DNA of 60,327 nucleotides. Origin: a virus. Lineage: Duplodnaviria > Caudoviricetes. The stretch's first letter is position 1. Every line of letters begins with the position of its first letter. Positions 15,233-25,600 of this stretch are shown here, in pieces. The DNA lies in the IMG/VR virus record IMGVR_UViG_3300008113_010061, positions 1 to 60,327 of that record; one strand, given 5' to 3'. Both the position numbers and the translations under genes were made by a program. The notes under the pieces are model-generated. The model did no database searches. It saw only the letters and a program-made list of their open reading frames with translations, and was not told the origin of the DNA.

Positions 15233-15736
15233 ATGTATTTTAAATCATTTCCAGCAGTAAACTATAGTCTGGACGGTGGTAAAACTACATTTTCCATGAC
15301 CGATATCTTTAGACGCGTACGAGTTTTTGATGAAAATTTACTAACCAGTACCTTCTATGACGACTATGATATCCTGGATGGAGAAACACCGGAAATTGTA
15401 GCCGATAAATTCTACAATGAAAGTTATTATCATTGGGTCATACTGCTGACCAACGAAATAATTGATCCCAGATTTGATTGGCCATTAAGCAATCCCGATC
15501 TTAGAACCTTTATACGACGTAAATACGACATTGAAAATGTCGATGAAACAAAACACTACATCAACGATGATGGCGATGTGGTGCATAGCAGCTATGCTGG
15601 AACCAAGTACCCCATAAGTTATTTTCAATATGAAGAAGAGATCAATGAAGCCAAACGGCGCATCAGTGTTATCAAACCACAATTTTTGCCAACCTTTGTC
15701 AATAGTTTTACTGGAAGTATAAATGGCCAACGATAA
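15233..15736 (+). CDS. gp53: Baseplate wedge gp53
   Basis: MYFKSFP, DIFRRV, DGETPEIVA.K.Y....YHWVILL.N.I.DP.FDWPL, YE...NE.KR.I. Confidence 0.92.
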   Translation: MYFKSFPAVNYSLDGGKTTFSMTDIFRRVRVFDENLLTSTFYDDYDILDGETPEIVADKFYNESYYHWVILLTNEIIDPRFDWPLSNPDLRTFIRRKYDIENVDETKHYINDDGDVVHSSYAGTKYPISYFQYEEEINEAKRRISVIKPQFLPTFVNSFTGSINGQR

Positions 15737-17069
15737 TAAGGATGGCGTTCAAACCGCTGGTGATGTAAAAGTTGAAGAAGCTATTATTGTCAAAGACAAC
15801 AACGAGCAGCTTGATATTCGACAGCTCATAGCAGAAATCAACATTTTTGAAGACATGTTTAAAAATGGTTTGTATGGCAACATCATGTTGATCGATGCCG
15901 GTAATTTTGCCAGCAGGTTTCCCATTGTTGGCAATGAATACATTAAATTGAAAATTGTCACACCTGGCCTGCCACAGATAATTTACAAGACCTTCAAAGT
16001 CTACAGCATCACGGATCGCATGGTGCTCAAGGATACTGGAACACAAAGTTATCTGCTGCACTTTTGCAGCATTGAATTGTTCATTGACATGCTGGTGCCA
16101 GTGTACTCCCACTACAAGGGTCCGGTGTCCAAGATTGTGCAGGACATCTACAAAGAGCGGCTGGCAGTGCCACGCGTGGGCGGCAACGAAGAAGATTTTA
16201 CGCCATTGATCGTTGTTGGTGAAGCCGACAATGAAATATCGTTTACCAGTCCGGGTTGGCATGCCACACACTGCATCAACTGGTTGGCCAGTCGATCCTT
16301 GCCGCAGGGATTGAAATCGCCGGCATACTTGTTCTATGAAACAACCCAGGCATTTTATTTCGCCAACATTGAACGCATAATTGAAATGGCAGTAAATGAT
16401 AAGTCCATATACTATGAATATAACTACGTACCCAACAACCTTTCTGCGGATCAGCAGGGCAACTATGTAAAAGACGTGGAAAAGGAATATAGAAAGATTG
16501 AAGAGTTAGAGATTGTTGAAACCTTCAATGCCTTTAAAAATACCAACAATGGTTATTATGCCAATCGTCTGGTTACCCTGGACGTTATATCTAAAAAATA
16601 TGAGATAATTGATTACGATCACGTTGCCAGCTATGGTGAATATAAACATCTAGAAGACATTTCCAAGTCTGGAGCACTGGCTCCATTCAACAGCACTACA
16701 TTACGCGGCCCTAGTAGTTTAACGCAGTTTTATCCCAAACACGCAAAATTATTCAATGACGCAGAAACCAATGCCAATGATATCATAGATAAAACTCTGC
16801 CCCGCAGAATCAGTACTTTGAATGAGCTGGGCAATTTCAAGATGGTGATCACCGTACCAGGTCGCACCGATGCTGAGGTTGGCAGCATAGTCTACATAAC
16901 CTATCCAGATGCACAGCCCAAGGATCAGAGCGATAAAGCCAAGACTGGTGAAGATCCGTTGTTCAGTGGATTTTATCTGGTGACTGCCATACGGCATAAA
17001 ATAACATTGATTAAACACATGATGATCATGGAAGTTGTAAAAGACTCGTATCGCAAGGAAAAAACATGA
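15723..17069 (+). CDS. Baseplate hub protein (gp27-like position)
   Basis: Between gp53 and gp5; EINIFED....L.G.I...D, P..G.E, Y.FYET, VPGR.D..VG, SG.YLVTAIRH. Confidence 0.7.
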   Translation: MANDNKDGVQTAGDVKVEEAIIVKDNNEQLDIRQLIAEINIFEDMFKNGLYGNIMLIDAGNFASRFPIVGNEYIKLKIVTPGLPQIIYKTFKVYSITDRMVLKDTGTQSYLLHFCSIELFIDMLVPVYSHYKGPVSKIVQDIYKERLAVPRVGGNEEDFTPLIVVGEADNEISFTSPGWHATHCINWLASRSLPQGLKSPAYLFYETTQAFYFANIERIIEMAVNDKSIYYEYNYVPNNLSADQQGNYVKDVEKEYRKIEELEIVETFNAFKNTNNGYYANRLVTLDVISKKYEIIDYDHVASYGEYKHLEDISKSGALAPFNSTTLRGPSSLTQFYPKHAKLFNDAETNANDIIDKTLPRRISTLNELGNFKMVITVPGRTDAEVGSIVYITYPDAQPKDQSDKAKTGEDPLFSGFYLVTAIRHKITLIKHMMIMEVVKDSYRKEKT

Positions 17070-19855
17070 ATGATAATATTTTTGGTCGTGACGGATTTTA
17101 TTGGTGGATTGGTGTGGTTGAAGATCGCAACGACCCAGAAAAAATAGGTCGTTGCCGTGTACGCATTCTGGGCTATCATATTGATAACAAGGATACCCTG
17201 CCCACCGCAGATCTGCCCTGGGCCATACCCATGCAGAACATCAACAGCGCTGGCATCAGCGGCAAGGGCAGCGCACCTGTAGGACCCTTGGAAGGCAGCT
17301 GGGTCGTAGGTTTTTTCCTGGATGGTAAAGACAAACAACAGCCCATGATCATGGGCACCATGGGAGGTCTGCCCGACAAAACCACAGGGTGTGCCACTCA
17401 AGAAACCAACACCGCAAACAATAGTTCCAATGTACTGCGTGATGGTGGTGGCAATGTGGTTAACGACGGCAGTGGTAATCCTGTGCGTACTGATCAGGGT
17501 ACTGCGGTTCCAGCCCAACCTGCTCCTACCAATCAAAAGATTCAAGAGAATCTGGAAAAAATAGTTTTGGCCTGTAAAAAGCAGGGCATAACCAATCATT
17601 ATTTCGTGGCAGCTGTCATTGCCAATGCGCTCAAAGAAGCCGGCGGCAAAACCATAGCTGAATTCAGTTATCGAGGCACAGACTATGCTAATCTGAAAGT
17701 CATTTTTGGTGGTCTGAGATTAAGTAAACATACTCCAGAAGAGTGGGAAAACGAGATTAGAAAAGACGACATACGATTTTTTGATCTCATGTATGGTCTG
17801 ACCTGTGCAGATCGAAGCAAGCCCGAAGGTTTCAAACACTTTGCAGTTGGTGACGGATTCAAGTATCGTGGGCGTGGCTTCATACAATTTACTGGCAAGA
17901 GTTTATACAGCCGTCTAAGTCAGATTGCCTATGGCGATGAAAGATACGTCAAAAATCCTGATCTGTTGCTGGACCCCGAAAACGCAGCCCAGGCTACTGC
18001 AGCCTTTATGAAACTCAGCATACAATCTGGTACAGCCATGCGGCTCACCGGAGTAAGTTATCCGCCGACATCGCAGGCCAATGCCGACCTGCTGGTCACC
18101 AGCATGGTGGCGGGCGGTGGAGATGTGCGTAAGTATGAACAGGGAAGAAAAATTCTGGCCAAAGTTAATGGTTATTCACCCAACTATACCGTGGGTGCTA
18201 GCCCTGGTGGTGTACGCGTAGCTGAACTGCTGGGTCAACCCGGAGGCACACCTCCCAATGATGTCAAACCCAATACTGCGCAGCCTGATCCACAGACCAC
18301 ACCGCCCACAGAAAGTCTGAACGATCCACGTCTGGGCAACCCACCGGCTTTTTCAGATCCCAACAGTGTGTATCCCAAGTGTGATTATACTGACAGACCC
18401 GACACCAATAAACTAGCCACGGGCGATACCGAAGGCACCATAGTTGAATCCAAGAATCGAGACCGCAGTCTAGGCATAAACAAAGCCAATGGTGGTAGCT
18501 GGGATGAACCAGATTCGGCATACTGTGCACAATATCCGCACAACCATGTCATTGAAAGTGAAAGTGGCCATGTCATAGAAATGGATGATACGCCAGAACG
18601 TCAGCGACTACACATCTATCATCGCGCCGGAACCTTTGTAGAAATTGACCAAAACGGCACCTGGGCGCAACGAGTCAAGGGCGATTACTACGGGGTGTTT
18701 ATTCGCAACAATCGAGTCTACATCAAGGGCGACTATGATGTCACAGTGGACAATGCCACGCGCATACGAGCCAACGATGTACTAGAAATCGAAGTTGCCG
18801 GCAAAACCACCATCAATGTTAAAAACGATGCCAACATCAACGTAGCTGGCAGTCTCAAGGCTCATGCCAAAAATATCTACATGGAGGCTGACACCGATGT
18901 TCACATCAAGGCTGGCAGCAACATGTATCTGCAGGCCGGACAGGCCATGAACATCAAGTCTGGTGGTGGCATGGCGCTGGATGGCAGCAGAATAGATCTC
19001 AATGATGGCGTAGCCGTGGCTGCTACTGCCACGGGACTTGGCACCTTGGAAACTGCGGTGCCCACGAACAATCCGCTGACTGATTTAGATCGCCCAACCT
19101 GCGACAAGGCCATAGAAGAACGTAGCTCAGGTGATGCTGGCGAAAATCCACAAAAACAAGAAGAAGATGTAAAGACTGGTAAAAAGACTCAGGAACAAGT
19201 TGATCGTGGCAAGGAAATTGCTCAGGCTGGGTGTAAACGATCTGATACCAAGGTTCCCATCATTGTTCCACCCGCACCATATAAAACCGGAGAGTTTGCA
19301 AATTATCGCGAAACACCGATGAGCATACAACTCAGTGCCAATTTCAATCTTTTAACTCTGGCAGAATGTGGCAGCAGCAGCAAGACCGACAACAGAAGAT
19401 TCTGGGCCAGTGCACCAGGAACTCTGGGCAACGGTTTAACCAAGTCGCAGCTGTTGGACAATCTGCGTGGTCTGTGCGTCAATGTCTTGGAACCCATTAA
19501 ACGTCGTTTCCCACAGATGTATTTGACCAGCTGTCTGAGATTTGGTCCCAAGGAAGCACAACACGGCGAGGGACTGGCAGCAGACATGCAGTTTGGTGGC
19601 GGACTGGCTGCACCGCAGTTGTATGATGCAGCCCTATGGATTCGCGACAACGTAGCCTATGATCAATTGTTGTTGGAATATGGTACCTTCGGTGGTGTAT
19701 TCCAGGGCTGGGTACACTGCAGTTTTAATCCCCGTGGCAATCGAGGCGTAGAAGGGCGTAACGGTTATCCCAAGGTAGCAACCTTCATGGATCACAACAT
19801 TGCACGCGGAGCTGACGGTAAACAGAAACTCTATTTGTGTGATTTAAGTCGATGA
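17066..19855 (+). CDS. gp5: Baseplate central spike gp5 with GH19-like lysozyme domain and C-terminal M15-type peptidase
   Basis: OB-fold N-terminus (WWIGVVEDRNDP..GRCRVRI.G.H, LPWA, VVGFFLDG..QQP.I.G); GDGFKYRGRGFIQFTG (GH19); YPHNHV.ESESGH..E.DDTP..ER plus beta-helix; C-terminal VLEPI...S.LR...QHGEGLAAD...DQLLLEY...WVH. Confidence 0.9.
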   Translation: MNDNIFGRDGFYWWIGVVEDRNDPEKIGRCRVRILGYHIDNKDTLPTADLPWAIPMQNINSAGISGKGSAPVGPLEGSWVVGFFLDGKDKQQPMIMGTMGGLPDKTTGCATQETNTANNSSNVLRDGGGNVVNDGSGNPVRTDQGTAVPAQPAPTNQKIQENLEKIVLACKKQGITNHYFVAAVIANALKEAGGKTIAEFSYRGTDYANLKVIFGGLRLSKHTPEEWENEIRKDDIRFFDLMYGLTCADRSKPEGFKHFAVGDGFKYRGRGFIQFTGKSLYSRLSQIAYGDERYVKNPDLLLDPENAAQATAAFMKLSIQSGTAMRLTGVSYPPTSQANADLLVTSMVAGGGDVRKYEQGRKILAKVNGYSPNYTVGASPGGVRVAELLGQPGGTPPNDVKPNTAQPDPQTTPPTESLNDPRLGNPPAFSDPNSVYPKCDYTDRPDTNKLATGDTEGTIVESKNRDRSLGINKANGGSWDEPDSAYCAQYPHNHVIESESGHVIEMDDTPERQRLHIYHRAGTFVEIDQNGTWAQRVKGDYYGVFIRNNRVYIKGDYDVTVDNATRIRANDVLEIEVAGKTTINVKNDANINVAGSLKAHAKNIYMEADTDVHIKAGSNMYLQAGQAMNIKSGGGMALDGSRIDLNDGVAVAATATGLGTLETAVPTNNPLTDLDRPTCDKAIEERSSGDAGENPQKQEEDVKTGKKTQEQVDRGKEIAQAGCKRSDTKVPIIVPPAPYKTGEFANYRETPMSIQLSANFNLLTLAECGSSSKTDNRRFWASAPGTLGNGLTKSQLLDNLRGLCVNVLEPIKRRFPQMYLTSCLRFGPKEAQHGEGLAADMQFGGGLAAPQLYDAALWIRDNVAYDQLLLEYGTFGGVFQGWVHCSFNPRGNRGVEGRNGYPKVATFMDHNIARGADGKQKLYLCDLSR

Positions 19856-20055
19856 AATCGGAATTTGTACTCATGGTCAACGGCGAACTGCGCAGCTATG
19901 AGCGCTGGGAAGACATACCTGAAAAATTTGATCATGTCATTAAATTTAAACCATACTTACCCGAACCACCACATACTGCGGAACAGCATGCGGAAATTGA
20001 AAACTGGATGCCCAGATTTCAGGAACTCATGCAGCGTGAACGCAGTCAACAATAA
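19852..20055 (+). CDS. Small conserved protein preceding PAAR
   Basis: DIPEKFDHVIKF.P..PEPPHT.EQH; ATGA overlap with the gp5 stop. Confidence 0.7.
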   Translation: MKSEFVLMVNGELRSYERWEDIPEKFDHVIKFKPYLPEPPHTAEQHAEIENWMPRFQELMQRERSQQ

Positions 20056-20066
20056 CAGGACACAAC

Positions 20067-20357
20067 ATGCCAGCTGCTGCTAGAATTGGTGACGCCGATC
20101 TTGTACATTGTTCATTGCCGCATCGAGCCGAGGGATCGCCCACGGTGTTTGTCAATGGCATTGCCTGGAGTCGTCAGGGCGATAACAATGATCCACATTT
20201 ATTTCCCGGTGCTGTTTGTCCTAATCATCAGGCGTCCATAGCCGTGGGTTCTACCACGGTGTTCATCAACGGCAAGGGTGCGGGTCGCATCGGCGACGCC
20301 ATAACGGCCTGTACTGCGGTGGCAGAAGGTTCACCTAATGTGTTCTGCGGAGGATAA
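20067..20357 (+). CDS. PAAR spike-tip protein (gp5.4)
   Basis: MPAAARIGD, GSPTVFVNG..SRQGD, GSTTVFINGKGAGRIGD, GSPNVF. Confidence 0.93.
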   Translation: MPAAARIGDADLVHCSLPHRAEGSPTVFVNGIAWSRQGDNNDPHLFPGAVCPNHQASIAVGSTTVFINGKGAGRIGDAITACTAVAEGSPNVFCGG

Positions 20358-20360
20358 ATA
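20354..20360 (+). promoter_or_regulatory. Late promoter ATAAATA before gp25
   Basis: Motif ends 5 nt before the ATG at 20366. Confidence 0.6.
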
Positions 20361-20365
20361 ATAAA

Positions 20366-20755
20366 ATGGCACGAGGATCTCGAACTTTTTCTGACCTAGA
20401 TGCGGCATTTACATTGACGCCGCGTAGTCGCGATGTGGCTAACAAGACTGACGACAATGCCATACGCGGAGCTCTGCGCAATCTGATTCACACCAAGCAT
20501 TATGAACGACCCTTTGCTCCGGAACTTGGGTGTCAGATACACAATCTGTTGTTTGAACCCAATGATTTTTTCACCAGAAACATAGCAGAACGCATCATAC
20601 GCGATGCCATAACCAAGTTTGAACCCCGCGTAGAATTGATTGAAGTTTCAGTATACAGCACCGATGCCAATGAGTTGTTCATACAAATAGAATACAAGAT
20701 ACGCAACACCAATCAGCCCGGTGTCTTTACAACAACATTTACCCGAGTACGATAA
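20366..20755 (+). CDS. gp25: Baseplate wedge gp25
   Basis: FSDLD, AI..ALRNLI.T...ERPF.P.LG..I..LLFE, FEPRV. Confidence 0.95.
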   Translation: MARGSRTFSDLDAAFTLTPRSRDVANKTDDNAIRGALRNLIHTKHYERPFAPELGCQIHNLLFEPNDFFTRNIAERIIRDAITKFEPRVELIEVSVYSTDANELFIQIEYKIRNTNQPGVFTTTFTRVR

Positions 20756-22602
20756 TGGCCAACGTCAGAGTAACCGAACTAGATTTTGATACCATCAAAT
20801 CAAATCTTAAAGAATTTTTAAGATCCCAGAGCGCCTTTACTGACTATGATTTCGATGCCAGCAACCTGAGCGTGCTGCTGGATCTGTTGGCCTACAACAC
20901 GCACTATAATGCCATATTGGCCAACATGGTGAGCAATGAAATGTTCATTGACACTGCGGTCAAACGAGCCAGTGTGGTGAGCCTGGCCAAACAATTAGGC
21001 TATACTCCGCGCAGCGTACGCAGTGCCGAAGCTCTCATAGACATTACCCTGCAGAATGTACCCAATACACCGAACTTTGTAACTCTGGAACGCTACAAAC
21101 TGTTCAATACTGTGGTGGATGGAACCACGCTGACATTCTACAATGTCGATTCCTATGTTGCCACACCTTTGGATGGTGTGTATAATTTTGAAAATGTCAA
21201 GATATATCAGGGTCGGCAGTTAGAATATTTCTACACCATAGGTGCCAACAACACGCCGGCCAATAAATTTGTTATACCCAATCAGGGTGTTGATACACGC
21301 ACCATCCAGGTTGCAGTACAGTATTCTGGCACCAGCAGTTACAGCGAAAGCTACAGCACAGTGGACAACATAGTAGGCGTTGGACCCACATCTACGGTGT
21401 ATTTCCTGCAGGAAAACACCGAAGGTTTTTATGAAATTTATTTTGGTGACGATGTTGTTGGTCGCAATCTAGATGCTGGCGACATTGTGCGTATTTCCTA
21501 TATTGTCAGCGATGGAGCTGCCGGCAATGTAGCCGGCAACATTGCCTTGAATTGGACCACCACCACCATAGCCGGAGAAAATACCGTAGACCGCAGCGTC
21601 AGCACGGTGAGCAAACCCGTGGGTGGCAGTGATCGTGAAACTGCCGACGACATCAGATTCAATGCCATATCAGCTTTTACATCGCAGAACCGCGCGGTAA
21701 CAGATCTGGACTACATCAACTTGGTGCTAAGACAGGTGCCGGCAGCGCGCAGCGTAAATGTCTGGGGCGGTGAGAAAAACGTGCCGCCAGAGTACGGCAT
21801 TGTGTATGTCAGCATTGCCCCCAAGACTGGTTATGTGCTGACCGACGACGAAAAGACGCGCATCATACGCGATATTCTGCAGCCGCACAGTCTGGTGACC
21901 ATGCGTCATGCCTTTGTGGATCCAATCTATACCTATATTTCATTTGACGTAACCCTGCGTTATACCACAGCCGGAACCAATCGCAGTGCACAACAGATCA
22001 GTACATTGGTCAATGATAAAATCAATAGTTTTGTCGAAGCCAATCTGCGTCAGTTCACCAAGGTGTTCTATGAATCACAGCTGCATGAACAGATCATGGA
22101 TGTAGATGACAGCCTACTGAGCGTCAACATCATCAAGCGTCTGCAGAAACGCATAACTGCCAATCTTGATGATGTAACTTTTTCTGGTACGTTACAGTAT
22201 CCAGTAAAAATTGTTCCAGGCAGCATACGCAGTACTCGCTTTGTAACCTCCAAGGAAAGTGTCATATATACTGTGGAGCTCCGCGATTTACCCAACACCA
22301 TGCCGCCGAGCCAGTCTGGTGTAGGAACTCTGCAGTTAATCAACATGTCAGACAACAGCACGATCTACGACAACATCGGATCAGTGAATTATGCCACCGG
22401 AGCAGTTTCAATCACCAACATGGAAATTGTAGGCTATGTTGGAGGACTAAACAACGTAAGAATTAGCATTGAACAGCAAGAAGACGATGACGATATCCGC
22501 CCAACCTACAACGAGGTATTGTTGTTAGACGACTCCAGTGCAAACTCTGTGGCCAACCTAGACAATGGTATTGTTATTGACACCATAGGAATCAATACAT
22601 GA
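20755..22602 (+). CDS. gp6: Baseplate wedge gp6
   Basis: ELDFD.IK.NLK.FL..Q..FTDYDF..S.L..LLDLLAYNTHY, R.SVVS.AK.LGY.PRS, YEIYFGD, QNRAVT..DY, VWGGE.N.PP.YG.V. Confidence 0.95.
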   Translation: MANVRVTELDFDTIKSNLKEFLRSQSAFTDYDFDASNLSVLLDLLAYNTHYNAILANMVSNEMFIDTAVKRASVVSLAKQLGYTPRSVRSAEALIDITLQNVPNTPNFVTLERYKLFNTVVDGTTLTFYNVDSYVATPLDGVYNFENVKIYQGRQLEYFYTIGANNTPANKFVIPNQGVDTRTIQVAVQYSGTSSYSESYSTVDNIVGVGPTSTVYFLQENTEGFYEIYFGDDVVGRNLDAGDIVRISYIVSDGAAGNVAGNIALNWTTTTIAGENTVDRSVSTVSKPVGGSDRETADDIRFNAISAFTSQNRAVTDLDYINLVLRQVPAARSVNVWGGEKNVPPEYGIVYVSIAPKTGYVLTDDEKTRIIRDILQPHSLVTMRHAFVDPIYTYISFDVTLRYTTAGTNRSAQQISTLVNDKINSFVEANLRQFTKVFYESQLHEQIMDVDDSLLSVNIIKRLQKRITANLDDVTFSGTLQYPVKIVPGSIRSTRFVTSKESVIYTVELRDLPNTMPPSQSGVGTLQLINMSDNSTIYDNIGSVNYATGAVSITNMEIVGYVGGLNNVRISIEQQEDDDDIRPTYNEVLLLDDSSANSVANLDNGIVIDTIGINT

Positions 22603-25600
22603 CTCTAGACAAAAGAATTTCGGATCTGCTGCCAACGCAGGTACCTGACTACGTACAGGAATTTTATCCGCTGTTTGTCATCTTTGTTACCAAATATTTT
22701 GAATGGTTGGAACAGACCGGCAACCCACAGGAAATAATCCAGAACATACAGCTGGATGTGGACATCGACACCACAGCCACCAGTCTGGCCACAAAATTCA
22801 TGGCCATGTATGCACCAGACTTGCCGCAGACTTCGGAGCTGGATCGCAGCATACTGGTGAAACATTTCCGAGATTTCTATGTAAGCAAGGGCAGCGAAGA
22901 AAGTTATCGATATTTTTTCCGTGCATTTTTCAATGACGAAATTGCCATTACTCTGCCTGGCGATCGACTGTTTAAATCATCCAATGCCGATTGGTATGTA
23001 GAAAAGACGCTGCGAGTCAATGCAGTAACTGGCAACCCCAGACTCATGGAGTCCGCGGAAATCATCGGCACTAGCAGCAACGCTACTGCCATAGTCGAAG
23101 AAGTTGTAAACAGCTACGGAGGCTGGGACATACGTCTGCAGAATCGCAGCGTAGTTGGTGAATTCCATAGCTCAGAAACCATTACTGCCATACACTATGA
23201 TCATGTAGAAAACACCAGCAGTCAGATCACAGTCTTAAACACCAAGCCTCTGCAGATCTTGCCGGGGCGCCAGCGTGGCAATGACAGTCTGCTGAGCGCA
23301 GATCAGATCATACAGGACAGCTTTTATTGGCAAAAATTTAGCTATGTTGTGCGTACTCGCATCGATCTGAGTCGTTGGCAAGACGCTGTGCTGGAACAAC
23401 TGCATCCTTCGGGTCGCAATCTGTTCGGTGAACTCATTGTAGACAACAGCACCAGCATGACCGTGAGTTCGGTGACGCAGTTTTCACAGTCCAACGCCAT
23501 AGAATCCGAAGTACGTCTGTTTACTTCGTCTACAAGTTTTTATTTGGTGCCGGGTGTTACCTGGGATCGCCTGGCCAATGGTAGAACCGGCACCAGTGCT
23601 ACGGTTACTGCGGAATCTGTGGTCTATGATGCTAGTTATACCTATGCCGGAGAAAATGTTACCTTTGCTCTGCAGGGCATCACCGACGCCGGCGAAGTTC
23701 TGGAAGAAACCATAACCTATACCAGCATTACTGGAACTGTGAGCGTCAATGTAACCACCAGCGTAACAACTACTAGTCGAGACATTGTAAGCTACAGCAT
23801 GCCAGTGACCAGCATTACCGGTACCATCAGTGCCAGCACTGCGGATGTTAGTTCTACAATTACTCTTACCGGTGTATCAACACTGTTTACCGCAGAGATT
23901 GAACCCACCAATGTCTGGCGACGTGTTACGGGTCAGGATGCAGGTCTAAATCCCATCTACGAATACAACACCTCGGTGCTCACCATACGTCAATTGGCCG
24001 TAACTGGCACAGCAACCTTGGTCGCACAGACACCGGTGGCACCAGATTATCTCTTGTACGTCAGTGGCATTGGAACACGCTTCAGATCTGATCTGTTGGT
24101 GAACACAGAAACCACTGCTCCTATTGTGGAGGCAGGGCAGCCCGAACCTTTGCTGTATCTAGACAATTACATACTTAGTGGTGACATCACCTTCACCAGC
24201 GGCAGCACCAGCGTAGTGGGTGTGAATTCTCAGTTCTCAGAGATTAGTCAGCTGTCAACATCTACATTGACTGTAATCAAACCCCTGCAGGGTCTGTTTA
24301 CTCAGGTCAGTTCAGTGCCGGGTCTGGCTACTGCTTTCTATGAAATCAGTCCTAGCCAGGCAGGTCTAATAACATCAATTTCTGGCACCACCCTGTCTTT
24401 CAGCGCAACCACCAGCAATGCGTCGTCGGTAAACACTGCAGCTCAATCAGCGTTTGGCACAGATCGTGCCTGGCGCATCGACATACCCACACCGTTTCCT
24501 GTGCAGCTTTTGACAACATCTACCAACACGCTCTATGTACATGCCAGTGGATTCATAGCCAGCGACACCAGCGCGCCATCGCACTATTCATCGGTATCAA
24601 CTTTTCAAACATTTAGACCATTTACCGGACCCTATGTTGGTGTGTATCCAAATTATTTAAACAATCTGGCATCGGTGCACTGGGGGACTCAGGGGTCTGC
24701 ACCCAATCGTTATTTCACCATACACTACAATGGTAGTTACAGTCGCAGTGCTCTAAGCCCCAATCCAACACTCTATTTTTATACTAGCATGACTCTGCGG
24801 GGTGCGGCCGGTGCGGCGGGCGGTGGTACTCTGGGAGCAGCCAAGTCTCGCACCAGCGGCGTCACCACCAATGGATACTATGAAATCACCATGCCCTGGG
24901 GCGTGTACTTTGGCGGTACGTCGTACAGTAAAATCTACGTATCACACAACAGTCGTGTGGCTTTTGGAAACTGGATAGCCTATGACAGTTCGCAGACCAT
25001 AACTCGCAATGGTTACATATATGGCATCATACCACATCTGGATCTGTGCAACTATGCCAACATAGCTGGATCTTATAACGACTCTATTTACTACAATGTT
25101 ACATCGGTGAGCGCAGTATATTATAATACCTTTGGTACAGCGCCTGAACGCACATTTGTTGTGCGTTTTGAAGGCGATCATCAGAGCGGAGCCTTGGTGC
25201 GGGTAATCTGGGAACTAGAATTTCAAGAAAGTTACCCCGGTGATATTAACATAAATTTTGGACATCCTGCGCAGACCACAGCCAATACCTACCCAAACCT
25301 AGGCAGCATCGGTGTTAGTACAATTCAGTGGGGTGAGGCCAACGCCGGCGGTGGGTGGACTGCCAGCTACAGTGGCCTGTATACTCAGCATGCTGACTAT
25401 GTATTCGACAGCAGTGGTGCCTCAATTATTGCACCAGTTACTTCGAATATGGTGCAGACCGATGGCGGAGCCAATACCACGTTCAGTATTGGTAATTTAG
25501 ATGTGCAGACCGATAATCCACGGGGTGCAATGAAATGGGAAATGAGTTTTCCAGAAAACAGTGCCAGCCCCACCATACTGCGCACTGGTTTGATAAGAAA

